Made by a program: the position numbers and the translations under genes. A stretch of DNA of 64,000 nucleotides from Ignavibacteriota bacterium (GTDB lineage Bacteria; Bacteroidota; Ignavibacteria; UBA10030; UBA6906), in NCBI GenBank assembly GCA_963801355.1, contig CAWDEM010000008.1, forward strand, positions 64,001 through 128,000, read 5' to 3'. Of the stretch, positions 18,554 through 28,897 are shown piece by piece (within the stretch, counting starts at the first letter, position 1; each line of letters begins with the position of its first letter). Below the pieces are notes generated by a model. It saw only the letters and a list, made by a program, of their open reading frames with translations, did no database searches and was not told where the DNA came from.

Positions 18554-21243
18554 GTCATTACCACGGAGGGAGGAGGCGAGCCGAGAGGGAGACGAAGGAT
18601 AAACTGTGCTCCACCCCCCAACCGGTTCGCGCAGGATATGGTACCCTCGTGTGCGACAACGATTCCTCGAGCGATGGAAAGTCCAAGACCGGTGCCGCCG
18701 CTTCGGGTACCCTGGCTGCGATAGAATTTTCCGAACACTTTCTCGACATCCTCAGGGGGTATGCCCTGGCCGTTGTCTGACACGCTAATGATGCAGTCGT
18801 TCTGTTCGATGTGCGCGGCGATCGCAATATCTGTCGCACCAATGGCGTGAACCGTCGCATTGTGAAGAATGTTGACCAGGGCCTGTTCGAGCAATCCCTG
18901 GTCTGCCTGAATGAGGGGCATCGACTCAGACACATCAATCGTGACCTTGTAGTTCTGGAGGAGATCTTCCACTTTGCGAACAGCCGTTCCGATAAGATCG
19001 GAGACATCGCACCAGTCGCGCTTGATTTTTAGCAGTCCCGACTCCAATCTCGTCATATCCAGGAGATTTTGGACCAGGTGGTTCAAGCGGTCGGCGGCAT
19101 CGTGCATATCTTTCACAATCTCCGCGTGGGGGCCCACGGAGAACTGTGGCTCCTGCTGAAGCTGGTCCGTCGTTCCCAGAATCGTTGCGACCGGCGTCCG
19201 GAACTCGTGTGAGAGTGAATCGAACAGAGTCTTGTAGAGCCGCTCCGACTCAGCGACCACGAGTGTCTTCCGCGTAAGATCGTGCAGTTGTTCCCGTTCG
19301 ATGGCTGACGAGATCTGCCGCAGGAAGTTTCCGAGGAGCGCTTCCTGGTCTATGGTCAATCGCTCGTCCTTAGGCACTTGCACCCCGACGACCCCGAGGG
19401 GATAGCGGGGGCCGGAAAGGGGGTAATATGTGGCGCGGGCCGAAGGCAGTGTGTCCGTGAACCGGCCCGCATTCTTCTCATTCCAGTAGACCCATGCGGC
19501 CACACCGAAGTCCCGCTTGTCTATCGCAAATGTACTAGCTGGATGTGCCTCGGTGAAGATGTCGCCATCGGCCTGGCTCAACAGCACCACTGCCTCGGCT
19601 TCGAAATACTTCCGGATGTTCTCTACCGCCGCGCGCACGACGTCGTCCTGTGAGCGCGCGACGGAGAGATCCTTGGTGAGCCCATACAGTGCCGAAGCGT
19701 GTTGTTCCCGCGCCCTTACCGCCCTCTCTCTCGCACGGATGCGTGCGGTAAGCACTCCCGTGACTGTTGCAACGCCGAAGTAGAGGCCGAACATCAGGAC
19801 ATCCTGCGGATGACCGATCGCGAACGTGAATTGCGGCGGGATGAAAAAAAAGTCCCATACGGTCGCACTCAGGGCCGCTGCCAGTAGAACCGGGCCTGCG
19901 CCGAGCTTGAGCGGCAGCAAAACAACTGTCAACAGGAGAATCAGGGAGATGGTCTGGTATCCGAGTGCAGACCTCATCGGATACAGTGCAAGGGAGACCG
20001 CCAGGACGACACCGGTTGCGATCAGATACTGCTGGATCCCTGAGCGAATGTCAGGGAGCCGCAATCGACGGCGGGAGGCCGGTGCCGACTCGTCACCTCC
20101 GACAACGTAGATATCGAGCTCGCCGCTTTTTTCGATCAGCCTATCGAGGAGGCTTGGAGAGAACGGAAGGCGGCGGCTCGTTTTGCCAACGAGAATCTGT
20201 GTAGCATTCTGCTCCCGTGCGACGCGCAGGATGCCCTCGACGATGTCCTCGTCGGCAGTCGTCACGATCTCCGCCCCGAGTTCGCGCGCAAGCTTGATGT
20301 TTCTCGCCAGGCGATCCTTGGCGGCCCCGGACAGGGAGTGGGAGCGTTCCACGTACACGGCGACCCAGGAAGCATCCATGGTATAGGCTGTGCGGCGAGC
20401 CCAGCGGATCAATTTGATGGTGCTCGGGCTGGAACTGATGCCGACCAGAAGTCGCTGGCCGGACTTCCACGGCCCGGCAATCCGCTGGCTCTTCATCAGG
20501 TCTCGGAGCTGATGATCGACCCGTTCGGCCACGAGCCGCAATGCCATCTCCCGCAGGGCGGTCAGGTTGCCGGCACGGAAAAAGTTCCGGATGGCTTCCT
20601 GTGACCGCTCAGCAGTGTATACCTTCCCCTCGGCGAGGCGCTTCAACAACTCATTGGGTGGAAGGTCGACAATCTCCACCGAATCCGCATTCTCAAAAAC
20701 GGTGTCGGGGACTGTCTCGCGAATGGTGGAACCGGTTATCTGGGCAACCGTGTCGGCCCTGCTTTCGAGATGCTGGACGTTCAACGTGGTGTAGACATCG
20801 ATCCCGCTGTCGAGGAGTTCGATGACATCCTGATATCGCTTGGTGTGGCGGCTTCCCGGTACATTAGTGTGGGCGAGCTCGTCGACAAGTACAAGAGAAG
20901 GTTTGCGTGCGAGAACCGCATCGGTGTCCATCTCCTGCAGGATGGTGCCCCGGTAGTCTACGGTTTTGCGGGGGAGGATTTCAAGTCCAGTAAGCAGTTT
21001 CTCCGTTTCGCTCCTACCGTGTGTTTCCACGTAGCCGACGAGCAGAGAAATCCCCTTTGACCTTTCCTCGTGTGCGGCCTTGAGCATGTCGTAGGTCTTC
21101 CCCACGCCTGCGCACATGCCGAAATAGATCTTCAGTTTCCCCTTTGTCTCCCGCAATTCTTGCCGTTTCAGAGATTGGAGAAGGTCGTCGGGGTCTGGCC
21201 GCCGTTCGTCAACCGGTGCCATCAAGTCCTTTGCGTGCTCCAC
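18550..21243 (-). CDS. kdpD: KdpD sensor histidine kinase
   Basis: 'GKLKIYFG..AGVGKTY.ML', 'VDELAHTN.PGSRH.KRYQD', Usp-like region, 4 TM, GAF, 'SHEFRTP', 'GTGLGLSI'. Confidence 0.96.
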   Translation of the reverse strand: MEHAKDLMAPVDERRPDPDDLLQSLKRQELRETKGKLKIYFGMCAGVGKTYDMLKAAHEERSKGISLLVGYVETHGRSETEKLLTGLEILPRKTVDYRGTILQEMDTDAVLARKPSLVLVDELAHTNVPGSRHTKRYQDVIELLDSGIDVYTTLNVQHLESRADTVAQITGSTIRETVPDTVFENADSVEIVDLPPNELLKRLAEGKVYTAERSQEAIRNFFRAGNLTALREMALRLVAERVDHQLRDLMKSQRIAGPWKSGQRLLVGISSSPSTIKLIRWARRTAYTMDASWVAVYVERSHSLSGAAKDRLARNIKLARELGAEIVTTADEDIVEGILRVAREQNATQILVGKTSRRLPFSPSLLDRLIEKSGELDIYVVGGDESAPASRRRLRLPDIRSGIQQYLIATGVVLAVSLALYPMRSALGYQTISLILLLTVVLLPLKLGAGPVLLAAALSATVWDFFFIPPQFTFAIGHPQDVLMFGLYFGVATVTGVLTARIRARERAVRAREQHASALYGLTKDLSVARSQDDVVRAAVENIRKYFEAEAVVLLSQADGDIFTEAHPASTFAIDKRDFGVAAWVYWNEKNAGRFTDTLPSARATYYPLSGPRYPLGVVGVQVPKDERLTIDQEALLGNFLRQISSAIEREQLHDLTRKTLVVAESERLYKTLFDSLSHEFRTPVATILGTTDQLQQEPQFSVGPHAEIVKDMHDAADRLNHLVQNLLDMTRLESGLLKIKRDWCDVSDLIGTAVRKVEDLLQNYKVTIDVSESMPLIQADQGLLEQALVNILHNATVHAIGATDIAIAAHIEQNDCIISVSDNGQGIPPEDVEKVFGKFYRSQGTRSGGTGLGLSIARGIVVAHEGTISCANRLGGGAQFILRLPLGSPPPSVVMT

Positions 21244-21315
21244 GCGGGTTGAGTAAATGAACCTCTTGCGTCAGATTGACACTTAATGCAAGATACGCAT
21301 CAGCGGCCCCAGAAT

Positions 21316-21450
21316 CTACCGCTTCAGCCGGGGGGATTCAAGACTGTCGTGTTTTCCCTTGTCCCCGCGGCTCAATCGTCGCCACTGGTGTATGCATGTG
21401 GCAACATAGACGAATATCACGAGGCATAGTATGATCTGTGTGGTGTTCAT
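21316..21450 (-). CDS. Possible 44-aa single-TM protein between kdpB and kdpD
   Basis: MNTTQIILCLVIFVYVATCIHQWRRLSRG...: hydrophobic helix then basic residues; weak RBS. Confidence 0.4.
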   Translation of the reverse strand: MNTTQIILCLVIFVYVATCIHQWRRLSRGDKGKHDSLESPRLKR

Positions 21451-21535
21451 AGTTCCCGTGTGTACTCTTTTGGTGAAGTGTGATTCCGAAAGTGAGCGGC
21501 CCCTTTCGTGAGCCGCAGCAGTGACATGTTGTCGT

Positions 21536-23629
21536 TCATACCCAACCCAGCGTAGTGAGAAATAGGTCAATCATCTTGATCCCGATGAATGGCGCAATCA
21601 CGCCGCCGACGCCGTAGATCAACAGATGCCGTCGCAGGAGGTGGATGGCGCTCACTGGGCTGTAGGTCACACCGCGGAGGGCCAGCGGTACAAGGGCCAC
21701 GATGATCAGAGCATTGAAAATCACCGCAGAGAGGATGGCGCTCTCCGGCGACGAGAGCCGCATGAGATTCAATGCGCTGAGAGCCGGATACGTAGTGGCA
21801 AAGGCCGCGGGGATAATGGCGAAGTACTTTGCCACGTCATTGGCGATGCTGAACGTGGTGAGCGTGCCACGCGTCATCAGCAGCTGCTTCCCGATCTCGA
21901 CGATCTCCATCAGCTTGGTGGGATTACTGTCGAGATCGATCATGTTGGCCGCTTCGCGGGCAGACTGAGTACCGGTATTCATTGCCACAGCAACGTCTGC
22001 CTGAGCGAGAGCCGGGGCATCGTTGGTGCCATCGCCGGTCATCGCGACCAACCGGCCCCCCTTCTGATATTCTCGTATCAACCGAAGTTTGTCCTCCGGC
22101 TTCGCTTCCGCCAGAAAGTCGTCGACACCCGCCTCCGCCGCGATAGCCGCTGCGGTAACGGGGTTGTCCCCGGTGATCATCACGGTTTTGATACCCATTG
22201 CCCGCAGGTGGATGAAACGGTCTTTGATTCCACCTTTGACGATGTCTTTCAAGCGTATCACGCCGAGCACTTCTCTGTTCTCAGCAACGATGATCGGAGT
22301 CCCGCCCTGGCGGCTGATCTCCCGAACCGTCTGCGTTGTTTCGTACGGCAAGGCGCCACCCTGCTGTTCCACAAAGACGGTGATTGCGTCGACCGCGCCT
22401 TTTCTGATGAGCCTTCTCGGGGATCCCCCGGTACCGGGGATATCGGTGCCACTCATACGGGTCTGAGCGCTGAACGGAATGAAATGTGCGGCGAGGTCAT
22501 GCAGATCCCTGCCCCTAAGGCCGTATTTGTCCTTCGCAAGAACGACGATCGACCGCCCCTCTGGCGTCTCATCGGCAAGTGAGGCGAGCTGCGCGGAGTC
22601 TGCCAATCGCTCTGCGGAGACACCTGGCGCCGGCAAGAATTCGGTTGCCATCCTGTTTCCGAGTGTCACCGTTCCGGTCTTATCGAGCAGCAGGATGTCT
22701 ACGTCCCCAGCTGCTTCAATAGCGCGGCCAGATGTGGCAATGACGTTGTGCCGTATCATCCGATCCATTCCTGCGATCCCAATGGCGGAGAGAAGCCCAC
22801 CGATCGTTGTAGGGATCAGACAGACAAGGAGGGCGACGAGGACAGTTATTGAAACCGACGTTCCCCGGCCTGCTGCCGCAACGCTGTAGAGAGAGAACGG
22901 CAGAAGGGTAGCGCATACAGCCAAGAAGATGATCGTAAACGCCGCAAGCAGGATGTTCAGTGCAATCTCGTTGGGTGTTTTCTGTCTCCTGGCCCCTTCG
23001 ATCAGCCGGATCATCCTGTCGAGGAATCCCCCACCCGGATCGGCAGTCACACGAATGACCAACCAGTCAGACAGCACGCGTGTCCCCCCGGTCACCGCAC
23101 TTCGATCCCCCCCCGATTCCCTGATGACGGGAGCACTTTCCCCCGTGATTGCGCTCTCGTCCACTGATGCGATTCCCTCGATCACCTCGCCGTCACACGC
23201 TATGACGTCTCCTGGTTCCGCAAGGAACACGTCTCCGCGCAGGAGCGCCGTCGAGGGGATCGTTGTGAAGTGACTGCCATAGTGCGGCTGACGCAGTCGT
23301 TTGGCGGACGTATCGCGGCGAGCCCTGCGCAGAGCCTCAGCCTGGGCCTTTCCCCGACCCTCTGCAAGGGCTTCAGAGAAGTTGGCAATGAGGACGGTGA
23401 GCCACAGCCAGAGGGAGACCATGCCTATGAACCACGCCGGCGCCTCACCCTCCCCGGTTAGGGCCTGAAGCCACAGGGCGGTGGTCGTGGCACTGCCAAT
23501 TTCAACGATGAACATAACCGGATTCCGGACCATCCAGCGCGGGTTCAATTTCAGGATTGATTCCCACAGGGCGTGACGATACAGCCCTAGAGGAAACGAA
23601 AGTGGCGGTGTGTGGGTGAGTGCTGTCAC
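21536..23629 (-). CDS. kdpB: K+-transporting ATPase subunit B (P-type ATPase)
   Basis: 'NPVMF', 'TGESAPV', '[10 protein letters not shown]', 'DKTGT', '[15 protein letters not shown]'. Confidence 0.97.
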   Translation of the reverse strand: MTALTHTPPLSFPLGLYRHALWESILKLNPRWMVRNPVMFIVEIGSATTTALWLQALTGEGEAPAWFIGMVSLWLWLTVLIANFSEALAEGRGKAQAEALRRARRDTSAKRLRQPHYGSHFTTIPSTALLRGDVFLAEPGDVIACDGEVIEGIASVDESAITGESAPVIRESGGDRSAVTGGTRVLSDWLVIRVTADPGGGFLDRMIRLIEGARRQKTPNEIALNILLAAFTIIFLAVCATLLPFSLYSVAAAGRGTSVSITVLVALLVCLIPTTIGGLLSAIGIAGMDRMIRHNVIATSGRAIEAAGDVDILLLDKTGTVTLGNRMATEFLPAPGVSAERLADSAQLASLADETPEGRSIVVLAKDKYGLRGRDLHDLAAHFIPFSAQTRMSGTDIPGTGGSPRRLIRKGAVDAITVFVEQQGGALPYETTQTVREISRQGGTPIIVAENREVLGVIRLKDIVKGGIKDRFIHLRAMGIKTVMITGDNPVTAAAIAAEAGVDDFLAEAKPEDKLRLIREYQKGGRLVAMTGDGTNDAPALAQADVAVAMNTGTQSAREAANMIDLDSNPTKLMEIVEIGKQLLMTRGTLTTFSIANDVAKYFAIIPAAFATTYPALSALNLMRLSSPESAILSAVIFNALIIVALVPLALRGVTYSPVSAIHLLRRHLLIYGVGGVIAPFIGIKMIDLFLTTLGWV

Positions 23630-23659
23630 GTGTGAGGGCTCATGGGACGTGTTGTGGAA

Positions 23660-25402
23660 TCATCGGGGGAGCATGAAATGTTCGACGATCGGGCCCAGGG
23701 CAAGTGCCGGAAAGAAACTAAGCGCGCCAACGAGAAGAACGATGGCAATCAACCAAACAATAAATAGCGGCGTGTGCGTGGGAAGAGTCCCGTCACTGGC
23801 CGGGATAAGCTTCTTACGTGCCAACGAGCCCGCCAACGCAAGCGTCGGGACGGCGAGCCAATATCGCCCGATCAGCATAGCGATGCCGCCAGCGACATTA
23901 TAGAAGGGCATATTGGCGTTCAGCCCCGCGAAGGCACTCCCGTTGTTGTTACCCTGGGAAGTGAATGCGTACAGCACTTCGCTGAAGCCACGGGGGCCGG
24001 GGTTTAGCACCGGGTGCGTTCCGGCGTCGAGCATCACGGCAAGCGCTGTCAGACCGAGAACCGTGAGGGGCATAATCAGAATGAGCAACGATGCCATCTT
24101 CATCTCGTATGCCTCGAGCTTGTGGCCAAGGTATTCTGGGGTTCGGCCAACCAGCAGACCCGCCACAAAAACGGCGACGATCACGAAAACGAGCATGCCG
24201 TACAAGCCGGAGCCGACACCGCCAAAAACAACCTCCCCGATCTGCATCATGACCAGCGTTACGGTAGCTCCGAGCGGTGTATATGACGCGTGCATGGAGT
24301 TGACGGAACCGTTCGAGGCAGCCGTGGTGGCTGTTGCCCAGATGGCGGAGTTGGCAATCCCGAAGCGCACTTCTTTGCCTTCCATGTTCCCGCCCGGTTG
24401 CAGGTCACTTGCCCTCTGGTCAATCCCCATCATGCTCAAAGCAGAGTTGCCTTCCTGCTCGCTCCAGGCGGCAACGCCAAGGAACACAACGAAGATGATC
24501 AGCATCGCTCCGAGGAGAGCCCAGCCTTGCCGGTTGTCCTTGACCATCACACCGAACGTGTAGCACAGCGCGGCGGGCAGGAGGAGAATCGCGAGCATCT
24601 CCAGCAAGTTGGAGAGTGGGGTGGGGTTCTCAAATGGGTGTGCGGAATTTGCGCTAAAGAACCCACCGCCATTCGTACCCAGTTGCTTAATGGCAACCTG
24701 CGATGCTGCCGGACCCATAGGGAGGAGCTGTTCGGTGACTTGTGTGCCTCCCGCATCAGTCGTTGGCTGGAAAAGGTGCGCCGCCGTGTACGGCTTGAAA
24801 TTCTGCACAACTCCCTGGGAGACCAGCAGAAGCGACAGGATTACTGCTACCGGCAACAGGATATACAGCGTGCTCCGGGTCATGTCAACCCAGAAGTTCC
24901 CCAATGTCCGGACAGAGTGGCGAGAGACTCCCCGGATGAAGAGTGCGAGCACAGCCATGCCCGTCGCAGCAGACACGAAATTCTGGACTGTGAAACCCGC
25001 CATCTGAGTAAGGTAGCTCATGGTGGTCTCACCCCCATATGCCTGCCAGTTGGTGTTGCTCGTGAAACTCACGGCAGTGTTGAATGCAGTGTCGGGCGAG
25101 ACTGCCGGGAACCCCTGCGGATTTAGTGGGAGAACACCTTGCAGGCGCTGGAGCGTGTACACCGCTACAAATCCGACAAAGTTGAACAGGATCATGGCGA
25201 CAGCATTTGCTTTCCAGTTCATCTCCTCGTCGGGCCTGACGGCCGCAAACCGATAGATGAGCCGTTCCACCGGGCCGAGGATGGGGTCAAGCATCGTTCG
25301 CTCACCTTGGAACACCCGTGCCATGTATCCGCCGAACGGCTTGGCGGCCAGCAGAATCACCGCCGCATACCCTACGATCTGGAGTATGCCGAAGGACGTC
25401 AT
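23660..25402 (-). CDS. kdpA: K+-transporting ATPase subunit A
   Basis: 'SFTSNTNWQ.YGGE', 'KQLGTNGGGFF', 'SNGSVNSMH', 'GGVGSG', 'NNGSAFAG'. Confidence 0.97.
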   Translation of the reverse strand: MTSFGILQIVGYAAVILLAAKPFGGYMARVFQGERTMLDPILGPVERLIYRFAAVRPDEEMNWKANAVAMILFNFVGFVAVYTLQRLQGVLPLNPQGFPAVSPDTAFNTAVSFTSNTNWQAYGGETTMSYLTQMAGFTVQNFVSAATGMAVLALFIRGVSRHSVRTLGNFWVDMTRSTLYILLPVAVILSLLLVSQGVVQNFKPYTAAHLFQPTTDAGGTQVTEQLLPMGPAASQVAIKQLGTNGGGFFSANSAHPFENPTPLSNLLEMLAILLLPAALCYTFGVMVKDNRQGWALLGAMLIIFVVFLGVAAWSEQEGNSALSMMGIDQRASDLQPGGNMEGKEVRFGIANSAIWATATTAASNGSVNSMHASYTPLGATVTLVMMQIGEVVFGGVGSGLYGMLVFVIVAVFVAGLLVGRTPEYLGHKLEAYEMKMASLLILIMPLTVLGLTALAVMLDAGTHPVLNPGPRGFSEVLYAFTSQGNNNGSAFAGLNANMPFYNVAGGIAMLIGRYWLAVPTLALAGSLARKKLIPASDGTLPTHTPLFIVWLIAIVLLVGALSFFPALALGPIVEHFMLPR

Positions 25403-25491
25403 TCGAAAAGCTCCGGTTTCAGGAGAGCAACAAAAAGGTAAACAAAGAGAGCGACGACGATCACACCCGCGACGATATACATAGGGTTCAT
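25399..25491 (-). CDS. kdpF: KdpF small subunit (30 aa)
   Basis: MNPMYIVAGVIVVALFVYLFVALLKPELFE with the 'YL..ALL.PE.F' signature; ATGA overlap with kdpA. Confidence 0.92.
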   Translation of the reverse strand: MNPMYIVAGVIVVALFVYLFVALLKPELFE

Positions 25492-25595
25492 GAATGTTCT
25501 CCCGATTCGTCTGTTTGGAGAGTCTCGCACAGCCGCAAGAGGCCCCACGTTAAGAGGAAAAAGCCAACACCAATACCGATATAGAGCAGATCCAT
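25488..25595 (-). CDS. 35-aa single-TM protein of the kdp operon (not in ORF track)
   Basis: MDLLYIGIGVGFFLLTWGLLRLCETLQTDESGEHS*; strong RBS AAGGAGGT; starts 2 bp after kdpC stop; its TGA overlaps kdpF ATG. Confidence 0.8.
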   Translation of the reverse strand: MDLLYIGIGVGFFLLTWGLLRLCETLQTDESGEHS

Positions 25596-25597
25596 GA

Positions 25598-26191
25598 TTA
25601 CCTCCTTGTCGCACCGTGGGGTGCTGCATCTAAATCAATGTTCAGGAGAAGCACGTTGACGCGAGGCTCGCCCAGAACTCCGAATTGTCGCCCCTCGGTG
25701 TGCTGCTGCACAACGGTTCGGATCGAATCTTCGGATAGGCCTCGTACACGGGCAACTCTTGGGACCTGAAAGAGGGCTGCAGCTATGCTGATGTGGGGGT
25801 CGAGTCCGCTTCCTGACGCAGTCACGAGATCAACCGGAACGGGTTGTGTATTCAGCGAATCGAACGCCTTGAGGTCGCGAACCCTTTGGCGCACGGCATG
25901 GAGGAGCGCCGGGTTCAGCGGCCCTAGATTTGATCCCGACGAGGTACTGGCGTTGTATGGAAATGCCGTTGTTGCGGAAGGGCGGCTCCAGAAATACCGT
26001 GGTTCGTTGAACGGCTGACCGATAAGTTCGGAGCCGACGGTGTTTCCATCCCTCTCAATAAGGCTCCCGTTTGCCTGAGAGGGGAAGAGAATCTGCGCTA
26101 TCCCCGTGACGAGAAGAGGATAGATGACACCGCAGATCGCCGTAAGGACCAGGAGGAGAACTACCGATGTCTGAAATTGCTTGAGAATCAT
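25598..26191 (-). CDS. kdpC: K+-transporting ATPase subunit C
   Basis: '[19 protein letters not shown]...GSELIGQ.F....YFWSRPS', '[13 protein letters not shown]', '[10 protein letters not shown]'; start set at ATG 26191. Confidence 0.96.
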   Translation of the reverse strand: MILKQFQTSVVLLLVLTAICGVIYPLLVTGIAQILFPSQANGSLIERDGNTVGSELIGQPFNEPRYFWSRPSATTAFPYNASTSSGSNLGPLNPALLHAVRQRVRDLKAFDSLNTQPVPVDLVTASGSGLDPHISIAAALFQVPRVARVRGLSEDSIRTVVQQHTEGRQFGVLGEPRVNVLLLNIDLDAAPHGATRR

Positions 26192-26255
26192 GGTGAAAGG
26201 TCCGAAGTACTCTCCTTGGAGTCTATTCACGGGACATAAATGGTCGTGTGGAATG

Positions 26256-26285
26256 CATAAGGAATCCATAAGGATTGCATGGGAG
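26256..26285 (-). promoter_or_regulatory. Putative KdpE binding site: 11-bp-period direct repeats
   Basis: CATAAGGA at 26256 and 26267, degenerate CATGGGAG at 26278; 65-95 bp upstream of kdpC; spacing typical of OmpR-family boxes. Confidence 0.55.
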
Positions 26286-26501
26286 GGTTGTACCTGAAGG
26301 GCTTTGTCTGGGCCAGAACCCAGTCTTGACAAATCCCCTCGATTCGGGGTGAATCTCCCGAAATATCCCGTATTTGCGGTATTGTCGTTCTCCTGAGGGG
26401 AATGTAGCTTTCGAGCGTAGCGTCGAATAGGCTGTGGTTTGCTCGGGTCGGCGGTTCTGCCCCGGCCGCTTCACGTCGACCTCCAGGATGAAAGGTGAAC
26501 T

Positions 26502-28700
26502 ATGAAATACTTGATTGGTCTGTTCCCCGTGCTCCTTCTGCTTCTCTCGCCGGTCGACAGCTCCGCGCAATACCACTTCAACCAGGCAGGTGCATTCTCC
26601 GGCAGCAGCTATATCGCTGTCAAACACTCCCCCTCGCTCGCACCGACCTCGGGGATCACCATTGAGGCCTGGATTTTCCCGATGGCCGTTCCGAGTGACG
26701 CGATCATTGTGGAGAAGAATTACCGCACCAGCTACTCCCTCCACTTGCGCCGCAGGATCACGATGGCTGTCCTTGAGATGGGACTGGACAGTACACGATA
26801 CATCACGGGGGGGATCAGGATCGCCCCAAACGCCTGGACCCACATTGCTGCCACATATGACAGCGCCTCAAGGTTTGCGAGGTTGTACGTCAATGGCGTC
26901 ATGGACACGATGAGGGAGATGTCTGGTAACGGGATCTCAGCCAACACCGACTCGCTGTACATCGGCGCGGGGATCGGGGGTGGCAGCATCGGAAACTATT
27001 TTACCGGATATATCGATGAACTCCGTATCTGGAATGTTACACGGTCGGGCGGCGAGATCAACGAAACCAATCACATGCCTCTCGCTATCTGGCACCCCCT
27101 CTCGGGGCCATACGCTGGATTAGTGTCTGCCTACCGGATGAACGGAAACGCACTCGATGAAGCCGGCCAGACATACGAGGACGGCACGGAAAGGAATATG
27201 TCGTATCTGGACCTCAGCCAGAAGGCGCTGAATCATCTCGACTACAACAACAACCTGGTACTGGACGGGACGGGGTACTGCATCGCGCCACGATCCGGGT
27301 CAACGGACGCCACCACGGCGATTACCGTGGAGGCGTGGGTGAAACGTGATACAACTCGCGGAGCGGATTTCCAGGCGATTGCAGGGAAGACGAGCGGCAG
27401 CGCGATCGACTACTTGCTCTACATCCACAAGCCGTCACACCGTGTGTTTTTCAATATCAATACCAACGCTCTCTCCCTGGCTTCACCCGCCGGCGGGTTC
27501 CGCCACACGCGGTGGACCCATGTCGCGGCTACGTACAACAGCGTGACGGGGGCCATGATTCTGTATATCAATGGGGATTCAGTCGGCGCGAAGAGCACAG
27601 CCCCGGGGTCGACAATCACGACCACCGCCGACAGCATTGCAATCGGGAACGCCACCGGCAGCAGGTCGGACTTCTGGTTTGCGGGACAGATCGATGAGGT
27701 ACGGGTATGGACGAACAAGGTCAGGACAGAGGAGGAGATCCGGCTGTCGATGTTCAGAGGGGTTACATGGAACAGCACTCCCAAACCCACAGGCGCGACA
27801 GTCTGGAATTTCGACGGCCAGAATTTCGACGCCGTTCGAAACCCGGGAAGTGTCCCCTCGCAGGAGATGCATTTTCGGGGCGGGGCGCACATGACGTCGG
27901 TTCACCGGTACTTCGACAACGAACCGGTGTCACCTCTCCTACGGGATGATGCGGGTGGGTTCTATGGTGTCTCCTATGTCGTCAGCCGCCGGCAATGGGT
28001 AATCCCTGATGCTTCCGGCGGTCTCCTCCTTGATTCTGTCTTTGTCCCGGCTGCGGGCGGCCTCTCCGGAGTGCGGGCATTCGTCCTGGTCAACCATGAA
28101 ATCAGTTCTGATCTGAGGATAACACTGGTGCATCCCGGCGGCACAACCGTTCCGCTCTTCACTCGCCGCGGCTCCGACGAGAATGACATCATGTGCGTGT
28201 TCTCTGACGATGCCGACTCAGTGGCCGGCACTACGGACCACACCATCGGGCTGCATGCTCCGTTCAGCCCACTCGTGAAGCCTTACGATCCCCTCAGTGC
28301 CTTCGCAGGACTCAATGCGCACGGGTGGTGGAAACTGCAGGTTGAGGATGTCGCCAGCGGAAGAACAGGAGTACTCTACGGGTGGGGAGTCCAAACACCT
28401 CTGGGTACAAGGGTTTCTGATCAAGGTACTCTGCCGAAGATGTTCGCCCTCGACCAGAACTTCCCGAATCCTTTCAACCCGAGCACGACCATCAGGTATG
28501 AGTTACCACGAGCGACGTACGTGACGCTCAGCGTATTTGATATGCTGGGGCGCGAAGTGTCGCTGCTGGTGAATAACGGGATGGACGCGGGCTACCACGA
28601 AGTCCAGTTCGACGCATCTCAACTGTCAACTGGAGTGTATTTCTATCGAGTGCGAGCCGGGAATTTCGTATCCACGAAGAAGATGTTGATTTTGCGATAG
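26502..28700 (+). CDS. Secreted protein with two LamG-like domains, a proprotein-convertase P-domain and T9SS-type CTD
   Basis: Twice 'IT.EAW...WTH.AATY...LY.NG...F.G.IDE.R.W'; P-domain 'H...SDLRITLVHPGG...LSAF.G....GWWKLQVED...G....WG'; 'LDQNFPNPFNPST'. Confidence 0.85.
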   Translation: MKYLIGLFPVLLLLLSPVDSSAQYHFNQAGAFSGSSYIAVKHSPSLAPTSGITIEAWIFPMAVPSDAIIVEKNYRTSYSLHLRRRITMAVLEMGLDSTRYITGGIRIAPNAWTHIAATYDSASRFARLYVNGVMDTMREMSGNGISANTDSLYIGAGIGGGSIGNYFTGYIDELRIWNVTRSGGEINETNHMPLAIWHPLSGPYAGLVSAYRMNGNALDEAGQTYEDGTERNMSYLDLSQKALNHLDYNNNLVLDGTGYCIAPRSGSTDATTAITVEAWVKRDTTRGADFQAIAGKTSGSAIDYLLYIHKPSHRVFFNINTNALSLASPAGGFRHTRWTHVAATYNSVTGAMILYINGDSVGAKSTAPGSTITTTADSIAIGNATGSRSDFWFAGQIDEVRVWTNKVRTEEEIRLSMFRGVTWNSTPKPTGATVWNFDGQNFDAVRNPGSVPSQEMHFRGGAHMTSVHRYFDNEPVSPLLRDDAGGFYGVSYVVSRRQWVIPDASGGLLLDSVFVPAAGGLSGVRAFVLVNHEISSDLRITLVHPGGTTVPLFTRRGSDENDIMCVFSDDADSVAGTTDHTIGLHAPFSPLVKPYDPLSAFAGLNAHGWWKLQVEDVASGRTGVLYGWGVQTPLGTRVSDQGTLPKMFALDQNFPNPFNPSTTIRYELPRATYVTLSVFDMLGREVSLLVNNGMDAGYHEVQFDASQLSTGVYFYRVRAGNFVSTKKMLILR

Positions 28701-28840
28701 TGCGAACCAGACATTTTGAGACGTCAACCCCGAGCTTCCGCATCTCGCCGTGAATCCTTGGAACTCCCCGTAGAGTGTTTGGATTGGCCCTCTGTTTGAT
28801 TAGATTGATCTGCACGTGGGCGATCGCTGCCCTGCCAAGG
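28701..28840 (-). pseudogene. Degenerate fragment of an rve-type integrase/transposase
   Basis: Translates GRAAIAHVQINLIKQRANPNTLRGVPRIHGEMRKLGVDVSKCLVR, resembling the 'GRP.I...LIR.MA..NPLWG.PRIHGEL.KLG..VS' segment of integrase-core transposases. Confidence 0.65.
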
Positions 28841-28897
28841 GTATCGATTTCAAAGGGAATTCGCTATTTTATTGCGGACGGAAAAGGAGCAAACAAA

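Noticed and set aside
21626-25126. Long plus-strand ORFs (318 and 278 aa) over kdpB/kdpA
   Set aside because: Antisense shadows of GC-rich conserved genes
8190-28840. Composite transposon carrying kdp
   Set aside because: The two flanking scars come from different, decayed elements; no shared ends or target duplication seen
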